Shown: one piece after another, positions 1 to 8,461 of the stretch
Layout: every line of letters begins with the position of its first letter
How positions within the stretch are numbered: position 1 is the stretch's first letter
Source: Deltaproteobacteria bacterium
Lineage (GTDB): Bacteria; Desulfobacterota; Syntrophia; Syntrophales; Smithellaceae
Assembly: GCA_012729055.1 (NCBI GenBank)
Contig: JAAYDW010000042.1
Span: forward strand, 42,973 to 106,972
Direction of reading: 5' to 3'
Length of the DNA stretch: 64,000 bases
Program-made: the position numbers and the translations under genes
The notes under the pieces: model-generated
The model's input: the letters and a program-made list of their open reading frames with translations, nothing else
What the model was told of the DNA's origin: nothing
Databases searched by the model: none

Positions 1-625
1 GGAGCGTGATTTTCCCGGCCAGACGGTTTTCGCCGTCATAGTCTTCGTAGCCGACCGAATAAATGTCGGCGCCGTCCACGTTCCGGCAGATCACTTTATC
101 CGGACGGCCTTCCCGATCGATCCAGACGGTCTGCACGTTTCCCGCAGCATCCTTCCTTTCTCTCCACAGGCTGCCGGCGGATGACGGACTGTCTTCCCGA
201 AACGGAAAAGCCCCGGTCAAAAGGAGGACCACATCTTCAACACTTAAGTCCCAGGGCAGAAAATGCGTCAGGTGCTCGGCCGTTGGCTTGCCGGTATAAA
301 ATTCCCCCCGGGACGGGAAAAAGGCCCGCAGGGCGTCGGGCGTGGCCGAAAGAAAGAAGTCCGGTGTGCCGATCACCGGCAGCACCTCCAGGCGCAGATA
401 GGCGGGCTGTTGCAGGATCAGGGCGGTGCGGAGCGGATACTGTTTTTCGTCCATGAGCAGGTTAATCCGCGCCGTAGCGACCAGGCGTTCCGCCGTGGTC
501 AGAGGCCGGAAAGTCGCCGAACCGGACATCGCCCGCTCCCGGACGGCTTTTCCCGCGCAGCCGCACAACACGGCCACAAGGAGCAAAACCGGAATCAGTC
601 TTCGGCCGATGCCACAGTGCAACAT
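1..625 (-). CDS. Outer-membrane lipoprotein, LolB-like/DUF4292-like (3' end runs off the window)
   Basis: My own translation of the minus strand from the ATG at 625 gives MLHCGIGRRLIPVLLLVAVLCGCAGKAVRER..., a signal peptide plus a Cys lipobox. It stays open to position 1 with no stop. An AAGGAAGGA RBS lies upstream. It is not in the ORF track because it is truncated. The family call is from memory of LolB-like proteins that follow TPR genes. Confidence 0.5.
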   Translation of the reverse strand, partial: MLHCGIGRRLIPVLLLVAVLCGCAGKAVRERAMSGSATFRPLTTAERLVATARINLLMDEKQYPLRTALILQQPAYLRLEVLPVIGTPDFFLSATPDALRAFFPSRGEFYTGKPTAEHLTHFLPWDLSVEDVVLLLTGAFPFREDSPSSAGSLWRERKDAAGNVQTVWIDREGRPDKVICRNVDGADIYSVGYEDYDGENRLAGKITL

Positions 626-662
626 TCCGTTCGTTCGTCCTTCCTTTGCAGAATCGATCCGG

Positions 663-2369
663 CTATTTTTCCCGGATCAGGTTGTCGATCTTCCGGATGA
701 GCGCGCTGTTGCCGGGATTTTTTTCAAGCGCCCGCCGGTAATGCTCCAGCGCTTCCTCCCGCCGGCCGGACGTGAGATACGCGTCGCCCAGATGCTCCAG
801 GACGCTGGCGTCGTCCGGCAGGTGTTCCAGAGCCCGTTTGAGGTACTGCAGGGCGCCCGTGTATTTCCCTTTTTTGAAAAGCACCCAGCCCATGGAGTCC
901 AGAATATACCCGTTGTCCGGTTTGAGCTTGAGCGCCTGAGCGATCATTTCTTCCGCTTCATCGAGGCGCAGGCCGCGGTCGGCGTAGGAATAGCCGATGA
1001 AATTAAGCGCGTCGGCGTTTTGCGGGTCGATGGCCAGCACCTTTTCCATGGTCCGGATGCTGTCTTCGAAACGGCCGGTCTTTTCCTGCAGCATCCCCAG
1101 GACGTAAAGCAGGTCCGCGTTGCGGGGAAAGTGTCCGAGGCCCTCCCGGACCGTTCTTTCCGCGGCGGCGAGATCCTTGACATCCTCATACAGGGACGAC
1201 AGATACAGGTAGGCAACAGGCTGATCGCTCTTCTTCGCTATCGCGCGGACCATCACCGCAATGGCTTCGGTCATGTTCCCGGCTTTTTTGAAAATCAGCG
1301 CCGCGTGGATCTGGGCGTTGATGTAAAGATCAAAGGCGGACGATATTTTCCCGTATTCCTCCTGCGCCTTTTGTCCTTCGCCCTTCTGCTCCAGCGCGCT
1401 GGCCAGCAGGTAACGCATCCGGTCGTCGCCGGGCGCCGTCTCCAGAAGCGCGGAAAATTCGCCCGCCGCCTCGTCAAACCGCTGCATGTCGTAGTACAAA
1501 AGCCCCAAGGCGGTGCGGATCTCGCGGTTGGCCGGATCGACGGCCAAAACGTCCCTGAACTCCTTTTCCGCCTCGGCCGGCCGGCCCGCCTTGACCTGCA
1601 ATTCAGCGATTTTCGCCCGCAGACTCTGGCGCGCGGGATTGACTTCCAGATAGCGGCGGTAAACGCCGATGGCCTCATCGAATTTTTTCTGCGTTTCATA
1701 CAGCGCCGCGAGGCTGAGCCAGGCGGCTTCAAACGCCGGCCGTTTGGCAATGATCTTCGCATAGAGCGCTTCGGCCTGCGCCGGACGCTCCATCAGCGTC
1801 AGCGTTTTCGCGTAGTAGAACATCCCGATCACGTTTTCGGGATCGATCTCCAGCATCCGGCGATAGGCGCCTTCCGCCTCTTCATATTTCTTTTCCTCGG
1901 CGTAAACGGTCGCCAGATACAGATAGGCCACCTGATTGTCCGGGTCCAGCCGGATGACGGCCTGATACTCGCGAATCGCCTTGTCGTACCGGCGCAGATT
2001 GAAATACAGCCCGCCCATAATGGAACGCAGTTCGCTGTTGCCGGGATTCCTGGCCAGGGCGGCTTCTCCCAGCGTCAGCGCGAGGTCGTTGGCGTTGTTT
2101 TCGATATAAAAAGAAACCAGCTCAGTGGCAAGATAGGAAGACTCGGGATAAAGGTCCAGCGCCTGCTTGAGATGACCGATGGCGCCGTTCAGATCTCCGT
2201 TCAGACGGGTCAGAACCGCCAGCGAATAATGGTAACCGACTTTGGCCGAAAAGCGCTCCGGCGCGGGCGCCTGCGGAGACGGCCGGACGCCGGGAAAAAA
2301 GGCGCAGCTGCAGAAAAGCGCAAAAATCAGCGCGCCGCTAAGCAGGGGATGAACGACTTTTTTGAGCAT
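663..2369 (-). CDS. TPR-repeat protein with hydrophobic N-terminal leader
   Basis: 568-aa ORF with leader MLKKVVHPLLSGALIFALFCSCAFF. The body is made of tandem 34-residue TPR-like units, e.g. AIREYQAVIRLDPDNQ and ALEHYRRALEKNPGNS. Confidence 0.85.
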   Translation of the reverse strand: MLKKVVHPLLSGALIFALFCSCAFFPGVRPSPQAPAPERFSAKVGYHYSLAVLTRLNGDLNGAIGHLKQALDLYPESSYLATELVSFYIENNANDLALTLGEAALARNPGNSELRSIMGGLYFNLRRYDKAIREYQAVIRLDPDNQVAYLYLATVYAEEKKYEEAEGAYRRMLEIDPENVIGMFYYAKTLTLMERPAQAEALYAKIIAKRPAFEAAWLSLAALYETQKKFDEAIGVYRRYLEVNPARQSLRAKIAELQVKAGRPAEAEKEFRDVLAVDPANREIRTALGLLYYDMQRFDEAAGEFSALLETAPGDDRMRYLLASALEQKGEGQKAQEEYGKISSAFDLYINAQIHAALIFKKAGNMTEAIAVMVRAIAKKSDQPVAYLYLSSLYEDVKDLAAAERTVREGLGHFPRNADLLYVLGMLQEKTGRFEDSIRTMEKVLAIDPQNADALNFIGYSYADRGLRLDEAEEMIAQALKLKPDNGYILDSMGWVLFKKGKYTGALQYLKRALEHLPDDASVLEHLGDAYLTSGRREEALEHYRRALEKNPGNSALIRKIDNLIREK

Positions 2370-2398
2370 TTTACGGGATGTTCTCCAGGCCGGCCCGA

Positions 2399-3388
2399 TC
2401 AGGATGCCCCGTCAGCGGCGTTCCGTTTCAGGAGTTTCGACGCCGGCAGAATTGAAACGCCTTTTTCCTGAAAAATCCGGCTCGCGTCGCGCAGCGCCCG
2501 GATGGTTTCCGGATAGGGATGGCCGATCACGATCACCGGGCCGTTCCCGGCCGGCGCATCGGCCACGTCCATCAGTATCCGGTAAATCTTGTCATAATCG
2601 CGCTCGTTATCCAGAAAGATCCGGCGGGACGCGACGGTAAGATGCACCCGCGCGGCCACCGCCGCTGTTTTCGACGAAGGCGTGGTGCGGGAATCGATAA
2701 AAAACATATTTCTCTTCTTCAGCTGCCGGAAAACCGGCTCGAGTTTTTCGCCGTCCGCCATGAATTTGGATCCCATATGGTTGTTCACGCCCACCGCGTG
2801 GGGCACGGAGTTCAGATTCTTCTCGAGCTGCAAAACAATCTCCTCTTCGCTCATCTCCGTAAAAAGAGCGCCGTTGCCCGGCTTGTCCTTGGGGTAGGAG
2901 GCGGGCTCCATGGGCAGATGCAGCAGGGTTTCCCGCCGCGCCCGGTGAAGCAGGAGCGCCGCCTCGCGCGAGTGCGGCAACAGCGGCAGCACGGCGAATG
3001 TGATATCCGCGTCGATGCTTAAAAGCTCGCGCACCGGCTGCATGTCGTAGCCGATATCGTCGATGATGACGGCCACTGCTTTCAGGGACAGACGGGGGGG
3101 CGCCGCCTTGGCAATGACAACTTTTTCTTTCTCCGCGGGAGGCGCGGCTTCCGGCGTCGCCGGGACGGCGCTTCTTTCCCGGGCCGTTTCAGCCGTCGGC
3201 TGCGGGCGCGGCTTTTCCGGGGATGCGGTTTTGGCCTGGCGGGCAGGTTTTTTTTGCCCGGCGGGAAGTGTCGAACCGACCGGCTCTTCGCGGTGGAAGA
3301 ACGCCACGAAAACGATGGCGGCAAGGGAAAGGACAATCAGCGCCGTCAGCGCCACTGTCAGCCTATTGTTCTTCTTCTTTCTTCTCAT
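2399..3388 (-). CDS. Divergent polysaccharide deacetylase family protein (YibQ-like)
   Basis: N-terminal TM segment and Pro/Ala-rich linker, followed by the motifs VAVIIDDIGYD, HLPMEP, GVNNHMGSKF and FFIDSRTT. It holds the typical position downstream of ctpA. I prefer the ATG at 3388 over the TTG at 3397. Confidence 0.8.
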   Translation of the reverse strand: MRRKKKNNRLTVALTALIVLSLAAIVFVAFFHREEPVGSTLPAGQKKPARQAKTASPEKPRPQPTAETARERSAVPATPEAAPPAEKEKVVIAKAAPPRLSLKAVAVIIDDIGYDMQPVRELLSIDADITFAVLPLLPHSREAALLLHRARRETLLHLPMEPASYPKDKPGNGALFTEMSEEEIVLQLEKNLNSVPHAVGVNNHMGSKFMADGEKLEPVFRQLKKRNMFFIDSRTTPSSKTAAVAARVHLTVASRRIFLDNERDYDKIYRILMDVADAPAGNGPVIVIGHPYPETIRALRDASRIFQEKGVSILPASKLLKRNAADGAS

Positions 3389-3422
3389 AGCCGGCAATGA
3401 TCCGCCCCCGATCGATAGGTCA

Positions 3423-4742
3423 TCAGTTGGCCAGATTTTTTTTCATGATATGCCAGCTTTTTAAAATATCCACGGCCGTTTTCAGTTGATTATCCCGGGG
3501 CAGATCGGCCGTCTCCTTCAACGCCTCGGGGCTGGCCTCATTCAACGGTTGGCCGTCTTGCCCGGCCGGTTTGATGTGCCCCTTGAGGTCTTTTTCCCGC
3601 AGCCGCTCTTCCGTGTGGTTTTCCGTCTCCTCGGCCGGTTTCACCGGACGGACGAGGATGTCCGGCCGGATCCCTTCAGCCTGGATGGACTTGCCGCTGG
3701 GCGTGTAATACCGGGCGGTCGTCAATTTCAGAGCGGAGCCGTCTTCCATGGGAATCACCGTCTGCACGGACGCCTTCCCGAACGTCTGGGTTCCGACAAT
3801 CAGCGCCCGGCCGTTGTCCTGCAGCGCGCCCGCCACGATCTCGGCCGCGCTGGCCGTTCCCTCATTTACCAGGACAACCAGAGGAACCGTGATTTCCTTG
3901 GCGCCCGCGTCCCGCGCCATCGTTTTCGTTTCCATGCTCCTGGTCCGCCCGCGGGTGGATACGATAACGCCCGATTTCAAAAACAGGTCCGAAACCTCGA
4001 TGGCCTGGTTGAGCAGTCCGCCCGGATCGTTGCGCAAATCCAGCACCAGCCCCTTCATGGGTTTGGTTTTCTCGCCGACATCGGCAAGCGCCTTGCGCAG
4101 GTCGGCGGTGGTCCGTTCGTTGAAGGAGGAAATGCGGATGTAGCCGATATGATCTTCGAAAGCTTTCGCCTTGACGCTTTTGACCTGGATGACGGCCCGC
4201 GTAAGCGTGATGTCTCTGGGCTGGGTCATGTTCTCCCGCAGAATCGTGATGATCACCTGAGTATCCTTGGGACCGCGGAGCTTTTTCACGGCTTCCATGA
4301 TGGTGATGTCCTTCGTAGACTTGCCGTCGATTTTGATGATCGAATCGCCCGATTTCACACCGGCCCGGTGGGCGGGCGTATCCTCAATGGGGGACACGAC
4401 GGTCAGCACATCCTTCACGATGGTGATTTCGATGCCGATGCCGCCGAACTGCCCCTGCGTTTCCGCTTCCAGCTCCTTGTAAATTTCCGGCGTCATAAAC
4501 GCGCTGTGAGGATCGAGAGACTTGATCATCCCGTTGATCGCCCCCTGGATCAGCGTGGTGGCGTCCACGTCCTCGACATAGTTTTTCTGCACCATGTCCA
4601 GAACTTCGGTAAACGTTTTCAGCTCCTTGTAAATATTTTTATCCCGGGCGAAAACCTTGCTGTCGGAAGACGGCCCGAAAACGATCAGGAGTCCCAGTAA
4701 AACGACGACAAAGACCGGCCATTTGCCCGCTATGTTCTTCAT
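3423..4742 (-). CDS. ctpA: Carboxy-terminal processing protease, S41 family
   Basis: Start is MKNIAGKWPVFVVVLLG (ATG at 4742; the ORF-track N-terminal extension has no support). It has a PDZ-like region GGIGIEITI..GVKSGDSIIKIDG and S41 motifs LVLDLRNDPGGLL and LVNEGTASAAEIVAGALQD. Confidence 0.9.
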   Translation of the reverse strand: MKNIAGKWPVFVVVLLGLLIVFGPSSDSKVFARDKNIYKELKTFTEVLDMVQKNYVEDVDATTLIQGAINGMIKSLDPHSAFMTPEIYKELEAETQGQFGGIGIEITIVKDVLTVVSPIEDTPAHRAGVKSGDSIIKIDGKSTKDITIMEAVKKLRGPKDTQVIITILRENMTQPRDITLTRAVIQVKSVKAKAFEDHIGYIRISSFNERTTADLRKALADVGEKTKPMKGLVLDLRNDPGGLLNQAIEVSDLFLKSGVIVSTRGRTRSMETKTMARDAGAKEITVPLVVLVNEGTASAAEIVAGALQDNGRALIVGTQTFGKASVQTVIPMEDGSALKLTTARYYTPSGKSIQAEGIRPDILVRPVKPAEETENHTEERLREKDLKGHIKPAGQDGQPLNEASPEALKETADLPRDNQLKTAVDILKSWHIMKKNLAN

Positions 4743-4902
4743 GTACTGCCTCACTGTATGCAAGAACTTTTCATTAATTTGCAGAGATATTTCCAGTTGG
4801 ACGAAGTATATACCACGACTCCGCTTGTTTTCCATATAAATCGGCAATCGGAAAACAAATATTGCGGCGCAACCGTGGGAAACGGGCAAGAATGCCCGAC
4901 AG

Positions 4903-6375
4903 CTACTCGATCAACCAGGAGGTCTGCCCCGCCGCATCTTTCAGGGCGACGCCCATCGCGGCCAGCTCCCGGCGGATGTCGTCGGCCCGACTCCAGTCTT
5001 TTTCCGCGCGGGCCTGCTCGCGTTCCCGGATCAAGGCTTCGATTTTTGAGACATCCAGACCCCGCTTGGCCACTTCCAGGTCGCGGTCGGCGCGGAAAAA
5101 GTCGTCCGGATCGGATTGAAAAATGCCCAGCACGTCGCCGAAATGCGCAAACACCCCGGCCGCGGCGTGACAAACGGCAAGCTTTGCGGACACCGGCATA
5201 TTTTTTCCCGCCGTCACGACGGCGTTGATCAACCGGGCGGCGTCGAACACAAATCCCAGCGCCTGCGCCGTGTTGAAATCGTCGTCGAGCGCGGCGTCGA
5301 CTTTTCCCGAAAGTTCGTGAAGCCGTCTCGCATAGTCGCGCGCAGCTGCCGCGGACGCGTCCCCGGCGCCGCCGCCGTTCAGGACGCGCAGATCCTTCAT
5401 TTGCTTGAGCGCGGTGTAGCAGCGAATGAGCGCCGTCCGGGTCTCCCGGAGGGCCGTGTCCGAATAGTCCACCGGACTGCGGTAATGGCTCTGGATCATG
5501 AAGAGCCGTAAGACTTCCGGATGGCATTGCCGGATAATCTCCCGGATGGGAAAGATGTTTCCCAGCGACTTGGACATTTTCTCGGCGTTGATTTTGACGA
5601 AGCCGTTGTGGACCCAGTAATTCACCGGAGCCTTTCCCGTCGCGGCCTGGGACTGGGCGATTTCGTTTTCATGATGCGGGAACACGAGATCCTCGCCGCC
5701 GCCGTGGATGTCGAACGTATCCCCGAGATAACGCCGGCTCATGGCCGAGCATTCGATGTGCCAGCCGGGTCTGCCGGGTCCCCAGGGGCTTTCCCAGGAA
5801 GGCTCGCCCTCCTTGCTTTTCTTCCACAGCACGAAATCCAGGGGATTGCGCTTCTTGTCGTTGACATCCACGCGCGCGCCGGCCAGCATCTCGTCGAGGT
5901 TGCGCCCCGAAAGCCCCCCGTAAGCGCGAAAGTTCCCCACGGCGAAAAACACGTCGCCGTCCGCCGCGTAGGCGATGCCTTTTTCCTCCAGCGTCCGGAT
6001 CAGCGCGATCATGTCTTGCATATGTTCGGTGGCTTTGGGCGTGATCGTCGGCGCGAGGACGTTGAGCGCGGCCATGTCTTCGTCGTGCAGGCGGATGTAG
6101 CGGTCGGTGATATCCGTAATGGTCACCCCTTCGCGGTTGGCCCGGTCGATAATCTTGTCGTCGATGTCGGTGAAATTCTTCACATAGGTTACGCGGTAGC
6201 CGCGGGCCTTGAAATGCCGGAAAATCACGTCGAAGACGACCGCGGCGCGGGCGTGGCCCACATGGCAGACATCGTAGGCCGTGATTCCGCAGACGTACAT
6301 GCCGACGGCGCCTTCCTCAATCGGTTGAAAAACTTCCTTTTGTCGCGTCTTCGTATTGAATATTTTCTGAGGCAT
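4903..6375 (-). CDS. cysS: Cysteine--tRNA ligase
   Basis: 490 aa with the class I HIGH-type motif CHVGHARAAV and an exact KMSKS motif. The N-terminus MYVCGITAYD is typical of CysRS. Confidence 0.97.
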   Translation of the reverse strand: MPQKIFNTKTRQKEVFQPIEEGAVGMYVCGITAYDVCHVGHARAAVVFDVIFRHFKARGYRVTYVKNFTDIDDKIIDRANREGVTITDITDRYIRLHDEDMAALNVLAPTITPKATEHMQDMIALIRTLEEKGIAYAADGDVFFAVGNFRAYGGLSGRNLDEMLAGARVDVNDKKRNPLDFVLWKKSKEGEPSWESPWGPGRPGWHIECSAMSRRYLGDTFDIHGGGEDLVFPHHENEIAQSQAATGKAPVNYWVHNGFVKINAEKMSKSLGNIFPIREIIRQCHPEVLRLFMIQSHYRSPVDYSDTALRETRTALIRCYTALKQMKDLRVLNGGGAGDASAAAARDYARRLHELSGKVDAALDDDFNTAQALGFVFDAARLINAVVTAGKNMPVSAKLAVCHAAAGVFAHFGDVLGIFQSDPDDFFRADRDLEVAKRGLDVSKIEALIREREQARAEKDWSRADDIRRELAAMGVALKDAAGQTSWLIE

Positions 6376-6388
6376 GCGTCACCTTTTG

Positions 6389-7429
6389 TCAGGGATAAAG
6401 CGGGGGAACCGCAAGGCCGCAGTCTTCCGCCAGGCCCAAAATCAGATTCATGTTTTGTACGGCCTGTCCGGCGGCGCCCTTGACCAGATTGTCGATGGCC
6501 GAAAGAATGACCACCCGGTTCGTCCGCGGGTCGCAAACCAGACCGATGTCGCAGCAATTGGATCCGCAAACGGACGAAATATTGGGCGACGTTCCCGCGG
6601 GGCAAATCCGCACGAATTTTTCGCCGGCATACGCTTGGACGTAAAGCTCCTGCAACTCGGCGGCCCGGATGTCCTTTTTCAGCGTCGCGTAAACGGTGCT
6701 GAGAATGCCCCGCTTGACCGGCAGCAGATGCGGCGTAAAAGAAATGGCGAACGGTTCTCCGGCCAGCCGGTTGAGCTCCTGTTCGATCTCCGGCGTGTGG
6801 CGGTGCTTGCCGACCTTGTAGGCCTTGAATCCGCCGTCCACCTCGCAGAAGAGCGAACCGACGACGGGATCGCGCCCCGCGCCGCTCACGCCGGAGGCCG
6901 AATCGGCGATGATCGTGGAAACCTCCAGCAGGTTGTTTTTCAAGGCGGGCGCCAGTCCCAGGATGATGCTGGTCGGGTAGCATCCCGGATTGGCGATAAG
7001 CCGGGCGTTTTTGATATCATTTCTGTACAGTTCGGGGATACCGTAAACCGCCCGGCCGATGAGATCGGCGCTCGTGTGCTTCGCGTACCACTTTTCATAG
7101 GTGGCCAGATCCCGCAGGCGGTAGTCGGCGGAAAGATCGACCACTTTCTTACCCGCCTGCACAAAAACGGGCGCGATCTCCATGGACACGCCGTGCGGCA
7201 GAGCCAGAAAAACCACGTCGCATCCGGAAGCGATTTCTTCAGGGGTGGCGTTGACATAGGTAAGCGACGTCCGGCCCTGCAGCGACGGGAAAATCTCCGC
7301 CGCCGGCGCGCCGGCATAGCGCCGGGAGGTGGCGGCCACAAGCTCCACCTGTGGATGAGCAGATAAAATCCGGATGAGTTCCTGGCCGGTGTAGCCGCTG
7401 GCGCCGAAAATGGCTGCTTTGATGGACAT
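6389..7429 (-). CDS. argC: N-acetyl-gamma-glutamyl-phosphate reductase
   Basis: Starts [22 protein letters not shown] (Rossmann GxSGYxG) and has the active-site block NPGCYPTS. The ATG at 7429 has a GGAG 9 nt upstream. The track start at 7444 is a TTG inside the rpsI terminator A-tract. Confidence 0.95.
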   Translation of the reverse strand: MSIKAAIFGASGYTGQELIRILSAHPQVELVAATSRRYAGAPAAEIFPSLQGRTSLTYVNATPEEIASGCDVVFLALPHGVSMEIAPVFVQAGKKVVDLSADYRLRDLATYEKWYAKHTSADLIGRAVYGIPELYRNDIKNARLIANPGCYPTSIILGLAPALKNNLLEVSTIIADSASGVSGAGRDPVVGSLFCEVDGGFKAYKVGKHRHTPEIEQELNRLAGEPFAISFTPHLLPVKRGILSTVYATLKKDIRAAELQELYVQAYAGEKFVRICPAGTSPNISSVCGSNCCDIGLVCDPRTNRVVILSAIDNLVKGAAGQAVQNMNLILGLAEDCGLAVPPLYP

Positions 7430-7442
7430 AAGTAAAAGCTCC

Positions 7443-7470
7443 AAAAAAAAGGGGAGCCGGTAAGCCCCCC
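7443..7470 (-). terminator. Rho-independent terminator after rplM-rpsI
   Basis: Minus strand reads GGGGGGCTTACCGGCTCCCC followed by TTTTTTTT, a GC stem with one mismatch. It begins 7 nt after the rpsI stop. Confidence 0.6.
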
Positions 7471-7477
7471 TGGAAAA

Positions 7478-7870
7478 TTAACGTTTGGAGAATTGGAATC
7501 TCTTGCGGGCTCCCGGCTGTCCGTATTTCTTTCTTTCCTTGACCCGGGCGTCGCGCGTCAGGAATCCCGCCTTTTTCAGGATGGGCCGCAACTCCGCATC
7601 ATACGCCAGAAGCACCTTGGAAATGCCGTGTTTGACCGCGCCCGCCTGTCCGGCGACGCCGCCGCCCACCACGTTGACATACAGGTCGAACTGGTCTTTC
7701 TTCCCGGTAATTTCCAGCGGCTGGCGGATGATCATCTTCAGACTGGGACGCGTAAAATACTCTTCGTAGTTTCTTTTATTCACGATGATGTTGCCGCTGC
7801 CGGATTTCATGTAAACGCGGGCAATGGCGCTTTTTCTTTTACCGGTTGCATAAAAACGTTGTTCTGTCAT
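7478..7870 (-). CDS. rpsI: 30S ribosomal protein S9
   Basis: [19 protein letters not shown] ... C-terminal [20 protein letters not shown] precedes the ATG at 7870. Confidence 0.97.
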   Translation of the reverse strand: MTEQRFYATGKRKSAIARVYMKSGSGNIIVNKRNYEEYFTRPSLKMIIRQPLEITGKKDQFDLYVNVVGGGVAGQAGAVKHGISKVLLAYDAELRPILKKAGFLTRDARVKERKKYGQPGARKRFQFSKR

Positions 7871-7897
7871 GATTTCTCCCAAATAATCCTTGATGAT

Positions 7898-8326
7898 TTA
7901 GACCGTCAGCGTCTGCGGACACTGAGCCTCGTGCGGATGCGCGTTGCCGCTGTAAACTTTCAGTTTCTTGAGCATTTTCCGGCCGAGATTATTTTTCGGC
8001 AGCATGCCGGCGACCGCCGTCTTGATTAACCGTTCGGGTTTTTCTGCGAGCATCTTTCCGGCGGACGTTTCCCGAAGACCGCCCGGATAACCGGAATAGG
8101 CGTAATAAATCTTGTCGGTGAGCTTTTTTCCGGTGAGCGTGATCTTTTCGGCGTTGACCACGACGATGAAATCGCCGCAATCCACGTGCGGCGTGTAAAC
8201 CGCCTTGTGCTTGCCCCGAAGGCGCAGGGCGATTTCACTGGCCAGTCGTCCCAACACTTTGCCGGTCGCATCGACCACATACCAGTCTTGTTTGATTTCA
8301 CTTGCCTTCGCTGAAAATGTTTTCAT
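7898..8326 (-). CDS. rplM: 50S ribosomal protein L13
   Basis: [30 protein letters not shown]... gives 142 aa from the ATG at 8326, with the canonical rplM-rpsI pairing. Confidence 0.97.
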   Translation of the reverse strand: MKTFSAKASEIKQDWYVVDATGKVLGRLASEIALRLRGKHKAVYTPHVDCGDFIVVVNAEKITLTGKKLTDKIYYAYSGYPGGLRETSAGKMLAEKPERLIKTAVAGMLPKNNLGRKMLKKLKVYSGNAHPHEAQCPQTLTV

Positions 8327-8361
8327 ATTCAAACCGCCCAATCTCAAAAATTTAAAGGTGC

Positions 8362-8390
8362 AAGCTATGTAATTCCCGCCGTTTTGTCAA
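8362..8390 (-). promoter_or_regulatory. Candidate sigma70 promoter for rplM-rpsI
   Basis: Minus strand reads TTGACA-N17-TAGCTT about 35 nt upstream of the rplM ATG. The -35 is perfect and the -10 is weak. Confidence 0.35.
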
Positions 8391-8461
8391 GGAAAATATT
8401 CAAGCCGCCGGTGATCCGTCCCCCGTCGCAGCACCGCGCCTCGCGCACGGGCGCCCGGGTG

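Noticed and set aside
426-2471. 681-aa plus-strand ORF covering the whole TPR gene region
   Set aside because: It is antisense to a convincing TPR gene. The product is Arg/Gly/Pro/Val-rich low complexity with no motifs, as expected for a shadow ORF in GC-rich DNA.
4779-4795. Sigma54-like -24/-12 element TGGAAA-N5-CTGCA on the minus strand upstream of ctpA
   Set aside because: The GG and GC are correctly spaced, but the remaining positions match poorly and no enhancer-binding protein gene or upstream activator site is visible. I cannot distinguish it from chance by eye.
4827-4856. 7-bp inverted repeat GTTTTCC-N16-GGAAAAC in the cysS-ctpA spacer
   Set aside because: It is short, has a long loop and no T-tract, and does not recur elsewhere in the window. 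It is not interpretable on its own.
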